Of a stretch of 42,705 nucleotides of DNA, positions 25,891 through 33,652 are shown one piece after another (position 1 is the stretch's first letter; each line of letters starts with the position of its first letter). This stretch comes from a virus (taxonomy: Duplodnaviria > Heunggongvirae > Uroviricota > Caudoviricetes). The stretch spans positions 1 to 42,705 of the IMG/VR virus record IMGVR_UViG_2778261632_000005. The stretch is one strand, 5' to 3'. A program made the translations under genes and the position numbers. The notes beneath the pieces were generated by a model that saw only the letters and a list, made by a program, of their open reading frames with translations, was not told where the DNA came from and did no database searches.

Positions 25891-26771
25891 ATGAACGTGA
25901 ATTATCCCTGATTAAAGCGCTTGGTGAAGAGTTTGGAGCAGCCATTAAAAAAATGGCAGATGACTTTCAGCAAGCGCTGGAGAAAACAGCCAGTAATCTG
26001 GAGAAGCAACTGGAAGAGGTTCGTCAATCAATTCCAGAATTCCAACCAGTAGAAATACCAGATGTATCTAAAATGGTTGCCGATGCTGTAAGTGAAATTG
26101 AATTACCGAAGGCTCCAGAACTACCAGACTTGAACCAGATTATCGCCGATGCTGCCAAAAGCGCGGTGAAGCAGGTTTTTGAATCAATTCCAGTACCCAA
26201 GGATGGTAAAAGCGTCACGGTTGATGATCTGCGTCCCCTTGTCGAAGAGGTAGTTAATGCGTTAATTCCTGAGCCGGTAGATGTTGAAAAGCTCGCTCAG
26301 GATTTGTTGTCAAAGATTCCTGATCCTGAACCTGGTTCAGATGGTCGTGACGCTCTTGCAATAGAGCTTGAACCATTCATTGACGAGAAAAAAAGCTATC
26401 CACGCGGTACCTATGCGACTCACAAAGGCGGCCTTTGGCGCGCCCATGAAAAGACGCACGGCATGCGGGGCTGGGAATGTATTGTTGACGGTGTGTCTGG
26501 CATTGATATCAAACAAGATAACCAGCGAACCTTCTCAATTTCTCTCGAAAGAGCAAGCGGAACTGTTGAAGTTAAGTCCTTTGACATCCCGGTAACTATC
26601 TATCGCGATGTATTCAAATCTGGTACCGAATATCAACCTGGCGATACGGTCACATGGGGTGGTTGTATGTGGCATTGCAACGAGAAAACCTGCGACAAGC
26701 CTGGTGAGACAGGATCAAAAGGATGGACGCTTGCTGTTAAGAAAGGGCGAGATCTGAGGGATAAACCATGA
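25887..26771 (+). CDS. Hypothetical head-region protein (294 aa)
   Basis: Coiled-coil N-terminus, Pro/Glu-rich linker, Cys/His-containing C-terminal domain (WGGCMWHCNEKTCDKPGE); ATGA overlap with the portal stop. Confidence 0.5.
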   Translation: MNERELSLIKALGEEFGAAIKKMADDFQQALEKTASNLEKQLEEVRQSIPEFQPVEIPDVSKMVADAVSEIELPKAPELPDLNQIIADAAKSAVKQVFESIPVPKDGKSVTVDDLRPLVEEVVNALIPEPVDVEKLAQDLLSKIPDPEPGSDGRDALAIELEPFIDEKKSYPRGTYATHKGGLWRAHEKTHGMRGWECIVDGVSGIDIKQDNQRTFSISLERASGTVEVKSFDIPVTIYRDVFKSGTEYQPGDTVTWGGCMWHCNEKTCDKPGETGSKGWTLAVKKGRDLRDKP

Positions 26772-27094
26772 TTGAACTGGTTACGCTCGAAGAAGCTAAA
26801 TTGCATCTCCGTATTGATGACGACTATGGAGATACTGATCTTACCTTGAAAATTAAGGGCGGCAGTGCGGCGATCCTTTCTTACATCCAGGGGAGTCGCG
26901 CGCTAATCGTGGGTGATTCTGGAAATCTTATCGATGGTGAGCCGCTTACTCGCGTTCAGACAGCCCTGTTGGTTCTGCTTGGCTATCTGGACCGTAACCG
27001 CGGCGGCGAAGAAGAAGAAAAGTTGAAACAGGGAGAGCTTCCTTTTTCTGTATCAATGCTGATTTACGACCTCCGTAAGCCGACAATTATTTAA
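26768..27094 (+). CDS. Head-tail connector protein (gp6-like)
   Basis: 108 aa, N-terminal LEEAKLHLRID pattern typical of gp6-like connectors. Confidence 0.6.
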   Translation: MIELVTLEEAKLHLRIDDDYGDTDLTLKIKGGSAAILSYIQGSRALIVGDSGNLIDGEPLTRVQTALLVLLGYLDRNRGGEEEEKLKQGELPFSVSMLIYDLRKPTII

Positions 27095-27164
27095 GGGGCA
27101 GGTATGGCATGCGCAGGATGCGCCAGACGGCGCGAGTGGATTAAAAAGTGGACGAGGATTGCCT

Positions 27165-27359
27165 ATGAACGAGCAGCAGGTAAACGAACTAACGGTGGCA
27201 CTGAAAGCGCTGGCAACGTCTCAAATGAAACAGGCAGAAGCGATAAACCGTCTGGCTCAGGCTGATGAAACACTGATATCTCTGATTGCAAAAACGCTCG
27301 TTGATGAAATTGACGATGAGTTGCCACCGCAAACCTATCTTGATGGCAAGCCGAGGTAA
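27165..27359 (+). CDS. Hypothetical small head-tail region protein
   Basis: 64 aa ORF between connector and head-closure genes. Confidence 0.4.
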   Translation: MNEQQVNELTVALKALATSQMKQAEAINRLAQADETLISLIAKTLVDEIDDELPPQTYLDGKPR

Positions 27360-27361
27360 TT

Positions 27362-27694
27362 GTGGAATTTGCAAAACTGCGCCACCGCGTCACCATTCAG
27401 CGGAGAACCGCCATCCAGTCACCTACTACTGGTGCAATGGAATATACCTGGAATGACCTTGCAGATGTCTGGGGTAACGTGGTTGCCTCTTCGGTCAGGG
27501 ATTTCATTACAGCCCAGGCATCAAACGTAAAAGTAACAGCCAGAATCACTATTCGATACCGGGAAGATATCCAGGAGAAAGACCGTATTCTTTTCTGTGG
27601 CAAAATCTACAGCATTGAGGGGATCCTTCCTGACCCTGATAGTGGACTCGAATATCTCACGCTTCCGTGCTCAGAGGGGGTAAAGGATGGCTGA
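27362..27694 (+). CDS. Head closure / head-tail adaptor protein
   Basis: 110 aa, GTG start with GAGG RBS; position and size typical of head-tail joining proteins. Confidence 0.55.
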   Translation: MEFAKLRHRVTIQRRTAIQSPTTGAMEYTWNDLADVWGNVVASSVRDFITAQASNVKVTARITIRYREDIQEKDRILFCGKIYSIEGILPDPDSGLEYLTLPCSEGVKDG

Positions 27695-28172
27695 CAGCAT
27701 TGAGTTTAAGCTTGAAGGTGTAGATTCACTGCTTGGTAAGTTAGAAGCCATTACCACGGAAACTAAGCGCAAAACAGGGCGCTCCGCACTGAGGAAGGCG
27801 GGTAACGTTATCGTAACTCAGGTAAAGAGAAACGCAGAACGACTGGACGACCCTCACACAGCCCGTAGCATTGCTGATAACGCCGCGCTTCGCTGGAATG
27901 GTCGTATGTTTAAACAAACCGGTGATCTTGCCTTCAGGATAGGCATTCTTCAGGGCGCCGTACTTAAAAAACATCCAAGCACTGCGAAAGATGCACCCAC
28001 TCCACACTGGCGTCTTCTTGAGTTTGGCACTGAAAAGATGGCAGCAAAACCGCTGGTTCGTGCTGCAGCAAATTCCAGCTTGATAGAGGTTTTCAACACA
28101 TTCTCTGTTAACTACGAAGCGGGGATTGACCGAGCCATCAAACGAGCACAGAAGAAAGGAGAGACGGCATGA
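27687..28172 (+). CDS. Tail completion protein (HK97 gp10-like)
   Basis: 161 aa; position and size. Confidence 0.55.
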   Translation: MADSIEFKLEGVDSLLGKLEAITTETKRKTGRSALRKAGNVIVTQVKRNAERLDDPHTARSIADNAALRWNGRMFKQTGDLAFRIGILQGAVLKKHPSTAKDAPTPHWRLLEFGTEKMAAKPLVRAAANSSLIEVFNTFSVNYEAGIDRAIKRAQKKGETA

Positions 28173-28534
28173 TTGCTCCTATTTTCCCTGTTTGCGCATC
28201 GAGTTCTGAAGTCACTGCTTTACTCGGAAGTAATCCGTTAAGAATTTACCCTTTCGGCATTCAGGATGATAACGTTGTTTATCCATACGCCGTCTGGCAG
28301 AACATCAGCGGCTCTCCCGAAAATTTCCTAAACCAACGACCAGATGCGGACATGTATTCGCTTCAGGTTGATATCTATGCCGATACCCCTGATGAGGCTA
28401 TTTCTGTCGCTCAGGCCATGCGTAATGCGATTGAGGTAAAAGCCAACATTGTTCGCTGGGGTAATCAGACGCGAGACCCTGAGACGCTCAGGTATCGATA
28501 TTCTTTCGACGTTGACTGGATAGTCAACCGATAA
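28169..28534 (+). CDS. Tail terminator-like protein
   Basis: 121 aa immediately upstream of the major tail gene. Confidence 0.5.
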   Translation: MIAPIFPVCASSSEVTALLGSNPLRIYPFGIQDDNVVYPYAVWQNISGSPENFLNQRPDADMYSLQVDIYADTPDEAISVAQAMRNAIEVKANIVRWGNQTRDPETLRYRYSFDVDWIVNR

Positions 28535-28546
28535 CAAACCTTCCAC

Positions 28547-28570
28547 AACCGGCCTTGAGCCGGTTTTTTT
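28547..28570 (+). terminator. Hairpin plus T-run upstream of the major tail gene
   Basis: Stem AACCGGC/GCCGGTT with loop CTTGA then TTTTTTT. Confidence 0.55.
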
Positions 28571-28586
28571 ATACCCGGAGATAATT

Positions 28587-29084
28587 ATGTCAGTAGTGAC
28601 TCAAGGCACTCAGATGTACGTTCTGAATAACGGTGTGGTCAGTGAAGTTGAATGTATTACTTCGTTCTCACCAGGTAGTAGCCCGGCAGATCAGATTGAA
28701 GATACCTGTCTGAGTGAAACCAGTACTCGTTCCTATAAAAAAGGTCTGCGCACACCTGGTCAGGCTACGGTAGCTCTTAACGCAGACCCGGCAAACGCCA
28801 GTCATGTCATGCTGAGCAATCTTGCCGAATCAAGCGATCAAACAAACCTGACCTTCGCTATTGGCTGGGCTGATGGAACGGATGAACCAACGGTAGCGAC
28901 TTCAGGTGATCCAGATGCAGTAGATGGTCTTTCTCTACCGGATACGCGTACCTGGTATGTATTCCAGGGCTATGTTTCTGATTTCCCGTTCGACTTCCAG
29001 GCTAATACGGTCGTACAAACCTCAGCAACTATTCAGCGTTCAGGGCAGGGGGTTTGGGTTCCAAAGGCCCAACCAACGAGCTAA
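28587..29084 (+). CDS. Major tail tube protein
   Basis: 165 aa, GGAG RBS, immediately upstream of the G/GT chaperone pair. Confidence 0.7.
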   Translation: MSVVTQGTQMYVLNNGVVSEVECITSFSPGSSPADQIEDTCLSETSTRSYKKGLRTPGQATVALNADPANASHVMLSNLAESSDQTNLTFAIGWADGTDEPTVATSGDPDAVDGLSLPDTRTWYVFQGYVSDFPFDFQANTVVQTSATIQRSGQGVWVPKAQPTS

Positions 29085-29101
29085 TAACCAGGCATTAATG
29101 A

Positions 29102-29117
29102 GCGGGGGAAACCCCGC
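29102..29117 (+). other. GC-rich stem-loop with GAAA tetraloop downstream of the major tail gene
   Basis: GCGGGG-GAAA-CCCCGC; same motif as at 24343-24360. Confidence 0.6.
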
Positions 29118-29139
29118 AAATTGAGAGGAGAGGAAAGAA

Positions 29140-29517
29140 ATGAAACTGAATATGGATTCGTTAAAACAGGCAGGGGCGTTCACTGGTCGTCCTGTTGAAA
29201 AGGAAATTACCTGGAAGCAAGGCGATAAGGAGATCACAGCTACCGTTTATATCCGACCAATGGGTTATCACGACGCGGTATCAAATGTTCTTTCAGCAGT
29301 GGGAAAAATTGATGGTGTTGCAGGGCGTATTGCTGCATCAATCTGTGATGAAAATGGTGCACCTGTTTTCACTGTCGCCGATATCACTGGTGAAGCAGAC
29401 CCTGAGCGCGGCGCACTTGATGGTGCTCTTACCGTCGCTCTGCTTGTCGCTATTCAGCAGGTTAACGATCTGGGAAAGGCGAACTCAGCGCAGAAGACGA
29501 ATTCTGGTGTGAATTAG
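29140..29517 (+). CDS. Tail assembly chaperone (lambda gpG-like)
   Basis: 125 aa between major tail and tape measure genes; contains a G GGA AAG slippery heptamer near the 3' end. Confidence 0.75.
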   Translation: MKLNMDSLKQAGAFTGRPVEKEITWKQGDKEITATVYIRPMGYHDAVSNVLSAVGKIDGVAGRIAASICDENGAPVFTVADITGEADPERGALDGALTVALLVAIQQVNDLGKANSAQKTNSGVN

Positions 29518-29783
29518 TTCTCAACGGAATCGGTGGTCGCACCATTGCTGAAGCAAAAGAACGCGTTAGCGTCACAGAGTATCGCGACTGGGTTCTTTAC
29601 CGTCAAAAGTACGGTAGCCTTAACGGAATGATGCGTACTGAGTGGGCCGCTGGCCTTATTTCTTCTGTGCTGGCTAACGTCAACCGTGGAAAAGATTCCC
29701 CCTCCTTCAAAGTAACAGACTTCACACCACACATTAACGAGCCTTCCATTTCACTGGAGCAGGCTATGCAGGAGTGGACATAG
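29140..29783 (+). CDS. Tail assembly chaperone frameshift product (gpGT-like), -1 shift at 29472-29478
   Basis: The -1 frame is open from the slippery site to TAG at 29781-29783, 2 nt before the tape-measure start. Confidence 0.7.
29472..29478 (+). promoter_or_regulatory. Programmed -1 ribosomal frameshift slippery heptamer G GGA AAG
   Basis: Identical to the lambda G-T slippery sequence and correctly phased in the G-like ORF. Confidence 0.75.
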
Positions 29784-29784
29784 C

Positions 29785-32310
29785 ATGGCTGGTAAATCCC
29801 TCGGAACGCTGACCATTGACCTCGTAGCTAAGGTTGGTGGATTTGTATCTGGTCTAAGCCAGGCTGAACGAGCATCACAAAAATGGCGAAAACAGGTTCA
29901 GGCTGATGCAAAAGCAGCTGCGGTAGCATTTACTGGTTTTGCTACCGCGGCAAGTGCGGCAGCTATCGGTGTCGGCGTCGCCGGTTACAACCTGCTAAAA
30001 ACAACGTCAAAGCAGATTGCCGAAACAGACCGTTGGGCTAAGTCGCTCAATATGTCTACGCAGTCTTTGCTTGCCTGGCAGTATGCAGCTGAAAAAGCTG
30101 GCGTATCCGGTGACCAGATGGCCGATATCCTCAAGGATATTGGCGATAAAATTGGTGATGCTGTACTGAATAAATCTGGGGAAGCTGTTGGTGCGCTTGA
30201 TGCGCTGGGATTATCCGCAAAAAAATTAGCCGGTGAGTCACCTGATAAACAACTGCTCGCTATCAGTGATGCTCTTGGCAAGATAAAAACAAACGCCGAA
30301 AAAACAACCATTCTCGAAAGCCTTGGTAATGACCTGTCAAAGCTCCTGCCCTTACTTGATCAGGGTGGTGAAAAGCTTCGTCAGTACATGGATGCGGCAA
30401 AGCAGTTCGGTGTTGCCCCTGATGATGCAGACATCGAAAAACTGGTGAAAGTAAACTCCCTGTTTGAGGACATGGAGACACAGGTAAACGGTGTAAAAAT
30501 TGAGATTGCTACCGGTCTTGCAAATGTTGACCTGTCAGGATTACAGAATGCGATCACTGACATGGGCGATGTTTTCAAAGACCCTCAGGTGATTCAGGGA
30601 CTAACAGACCTTGTTGGCGGCGTTGTTGACCTCGCTACCTGGCTTGTGAAAGTTGGTGCTGAAGCAGGTAAGCTAATTGACCTGTACAAAGGTGGGAAGG
30701 CTGTTGGTGACAATGCATCTGTAACTGATATAGAGCGCCGACTTAATAACCTTAAAGCTGATGTAGAAGATCAGGGCTTCCTTGCCAGTTTTAACAGAAT
30801 TGGAATGGACGTTGACGGGAAGAAAGCTGAAATAGCGCAGCTTGAACGCCGACTTTCCATCATGAAAGCCGGTAATAATCTTCCTCTCAGTCCTGCCACC
30901 ATTGGTGGGCCACCCTCATCCAGCAAAAATTATTCCTTAGGCTCAGGAGAAACAAACGGTAAAGCATCGCCTGACGCCGGGGCCAAGAAGCTGGAATCAG
31001 CATTTAAGTCTCTGGAAATGAGTTATCAGCGCCAGATTGCGTTAATTGACATAACTGGCAAAAAGAACCAGCAGGTTACTGAGCTTGAGAAGCTGCGTTT
31101 TGATTTCACTTCTGGAAAATTAACAGGGATTAATGCAGCTCAGAAAGAGCGTCTTGAGCAGCTTGCTACGGAAATAGATCGTCTAAACTCCCTGAAAAAA
31201 GCCAATGAAGAAAACCTGAAACTTGTCGAATTTACCGCTAATTTGCGCAAGCAAAATCAGAATGACCAGGCAGCAAATGATTCTGATTTTATTGGCGCAG
31301 GAATGGGCGACAAGACTCGCCAGCGCATGAAGGAATTGCTGGATATTCAGCGTAGTTTTCTCGACAGACAGTCTGACCTTCAGAAGCAATACCAAAGCGG
31401 CGATATCAGTAAATCGCTTTATGACCAGGAGACGGCAGCATTACAGCAGGCACTTATTGAGCGTCTCGATATTCAGCAGGACTATTACAAAAAGTCCGAT
31501 GCACAGATGGGCGACTGGCAAAGCGGGATTATGGATGCGTTGAATGATTACGCTGATAACTCTGCTGATTACTACCAGACCGCCGCCGATGCGATGACAT
31601 CAATTCTTAATGGTGCAACGGAATCCATCTCTGACAACCTGAATGATCTTGTGCACGGGGCGGAGGATTTAGGTGATTTCTTCAGCAATATTTTCTCTGG
31701 TCTTGGTGAAACAATCATTAAAACCCTTTCTGATATGGCGGCGCAGTGGTTGGTATATCAGGCGGTGCAATTGCTGGTAGGTAAATCAACACAGGCAAGC
31801 GCAGCGGCATCAATGCTGGCGAACGCACAGGCTTCATCCTTACAGGCTCAGATCGCCGCTTATGCATCTACTGCGGCTATTCCTATCGTTGGTCCCGCTC
31901 TTGCGCCTGCTGCTATGGCAACGGCGGCGGCAGTGACTGCTCCGCTTGTCGCTGCAGTTGGTACTTCTGCCCTTGCAGGTATGGCCCACGATGGTATCGA
32001 CAGCGTTCCTGAAACTGGGACTTGGCTCTTGCAGAAAGGTGAGCGAGTCGTTACATCGCAGACTTCGGCCAAGCTTGATGAAACACTTGACAGGGTAAAT
32101 CAGCAGTCCACACAGGGCGCCAGCTTCTCACCCGTTATTAACATGAATGTGAATGGTGACCCTTCCGACACTCAGATTGCCATGATGAAGCAAGCAACCA
32201 CAGAAGGGGCAAAGCTTGGTTATCAACAGGCAGCCAGTGACCTGGCAAGCGGAAAGGGAAGCATCTCAAAAGCGATGATGCGATGGAACACTAACAGGAG
32301 AACTGGTTAA
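29785..32310 (+). CDS. Tail tape measure protein
   Basis: 841 aa, Ala/Gly/Gln-rich with coiled-coil segments and a hydrophobic stretch. Confidence 0.85.
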   Translation: MAGKSLGTLTIDLVAKVGGFVSGLSQAERASQKWRKQVQADAKAAAVAFTGFATAASAAAIGVGVAGYNLLKTTSKQIAETDRWAKSLNMSTQSLLAWQYAAEKAGVSGDQMADILKDIGDKIGDAVLNKSGEAVGALDALGLSAKKLAGESPDKQLLAISDALGKIKTNAEKTTILESLGNDLSKLLPLLDQGGEKLRQYMDAAKQFGVAPDDADIEKLVKVNSLFEDMETQVNGVKIEIATGLANVDLSGLQNAITDMGDVFKDPQVIQGLTDLVGGVVDLATWLVKVGAEAGKLIDLYKGGKAVGDNASVTDIERRLNNLKADVEDQGFLASFNRIGMDVDGKKAEIAQLERRLSIMKAGNNLPLSPATIGGPPSSSKNYSLGSGETNGKASPDAGAKKLESAFKSLEMSYQRQIALIDITGKKNQQVTELEKLRFDFTSGKLTGINAAQKERLEQLATEIDRLNSLKKANEENLKLVEFTANLRKQNQNDQAANDSDFIGAGMGDKTRQRMKELLDIQRSFLDRQSDLQKQYQSGDISKSLYDQETAALQQALIERLDIQQDYYKKSDAQMGDWQSGIMDALNDYADNSADYYQTAADAMTSILNGATESISDNLNDLVHGAEDLGDFFSNIFSGLGETIIKTLSDMAAQWLVYQAVQLLVGKSTQASAAASMLANAQASSLQAQIAAYASTAAIPIVGPALAPAAMATAAAVTAPLVAAVGTSALAGMAHDGIDSVPETGTWLLQKGERVVTSQTSAKLDETLDRVNQQSTQGASFSPVINMNVNGDPSDTQIAMMKQATTEGAKLGYQQAASDLASGKGSISKAMMRWNTNRRTG

Positions 32311-32783
32311 TGGCTAAAACTACCAGCATTAACTATCCGAATGATTACCTTCCGATTCCATTACAGGAAGGGTTCGGGTTAAAGCCTGTTAGTCCATTGC
32401 TGAGAACAGAACTTACATCTGGCAGGGCAAGGCAGCGCCGCCTGTACACTTCAACGCCAACTCAGGCCTCAGTGGCATGGTTGTTTACAGATCCGGAGTC
32501 TCAACTGTTTGAGGCGTGGTTCAGAGACACCATCAAAGATGGGGCTGACTGGTTCAATATGCCTCTTCGCTCACCTCTTGGCATTATCGACATGTACGTT
32601 TGCCGGTTCGTCGATATTTATGAAGGGCCGACCATTGAGGGGGGTAATTACTGGCGATATACAGCCACCCTTGAATTATGGGAACGACCAATTCTTGCAC
32701 CTGGTTGGGCTGATTTCCCGGATTACATTATCAACAGCAGCATTATTGATATTGCGCTCAACAGGGAGTGGCCCAGACCGTGA
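32310..32783 (+). CDS. Minor tail protein
   Basis: 157 aa, TAATG coupling to the tape measure gene. Confidence 0.55.
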   Translation: MAKTTSINYPNDYLPIPLQEGFGLKPVSPLLRTELTSGRARQRRLYTSTPTQASVAWLFTDPESQLFEAWFRDTIKDGADWFNMPLRSPLGIIDMYVCRFVDIYEGPTIEGGNYWRYTATLELWERPILAPGWADFPDYIINSSIIDIALNREWPRP

Positions 32784-33262
32784 CAATTCTGAATCGTCTT
32801 TACGCCTCATCTGGTGAAGAGGTGATTATCGAAACACTCCAGATAAACATCGGTAGTGAAGTTTATTATTTATGTAAGGGCTTCGATGATATTACCGCAA
32901 CCACAGAAAATGGTGATGCTGTGACATTCAATGCAGCAGCGATTGATATTGCTCTTCCTGCCCGGAATAGTGATGGAACTCAGGACTTGCAGTTTGCTAT
33001 CGATAACATTGATGGAGTTACTTCAACAGCGATTCGTAACGCGCTGGATAATCTCTCCGAGGCATCTTTAACCTATCGTAACTACGTCTCTACTGACCTC
33101 AGTGCACCTGCTTCTGTTCCATACACTCTGGCTATTAAGAGCGGTTCGTGGACGTCGACACAGGCGCAAATAACGGCTGGCTATATGAACGTACTCGATA
33201 CTGCATGGCCTCGCCACCGTTACACCCTTCCGTACTACCCAGGCCTCCGTTACATGAGTTAA
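32768..33262 (+). CDS. Minor tail protein
   Basis: 164 aa; start ambiguous (GTG at 32768 or 32780). Confidence 0.5.
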   Translation: MAQTVTILNRLYASSGEEVIIETLQINIGSEVYYLCKGFDDITATTENGDAVTFNAAAIDIALPARNSDGTQDLQFAIDNIDGVTSTAIRNALDNLSEASLTYRNYVSTDLSAPASVPYTLAIKSGSWTSTQAQITAGYMNVLDTAWPRHRYTLPYYPGLRYMS

Positions 33263-33271
33263 GGAGAAACT

Positions 33272-33652
33272 ATGTTCAATCCTGACAAATACCTTTCTGT
33301 TGTGTGGCAGAAGGGGGGGCGCGTTTACCCTGATCTTGACTGTTTTGGCATCGTCAATGAAGTACGGAAAGACCTTGGATTACCTCTCTGGCCAGATTTT
33401 TCAGGAGTAACTAAAGATGACGGTGGTCTTGACCGAGAGGCTGTCAAACTGATGCGATCACTTGAGAAGTGCGATCCTTGTGTTGGGGCAGGCGTTGCAT
33501 GTTATTCCGGGTCAACCGTCACTCACGTTGGTGTCGTAGTTGAGATAAATGGTCAACTTCACGTAGCTGAATGTAATCCGGGAATGAATGTGACCTTTCT
33601 TCCTGTTTCGCGTTTCAAGCGACGCTTCGTTAAAGTGGAGTTCTGGAAGTGA
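33272..33652 (+). CDS. Tail assembly protein with NlpC/P60-like Cys/His pattern (lambda gpK-like)
   Basis: 126 aa; candidate catalytic Cys (DCFGIV) and His (VTHVGVV); AAGGAG RBS. Confidence 0.55.
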   Translation: MFNPDKYLSVVWQKGGRVYPDLDCFGIVNEVRKDLGLPLWPDFSGVTKDDGGLDREAVKLMRSLEKCDPCVGAGVACYSGSTVTHVGVVVEINGQLHVAECNPGMNVTFLPVSRFKRRFVKVEFWK

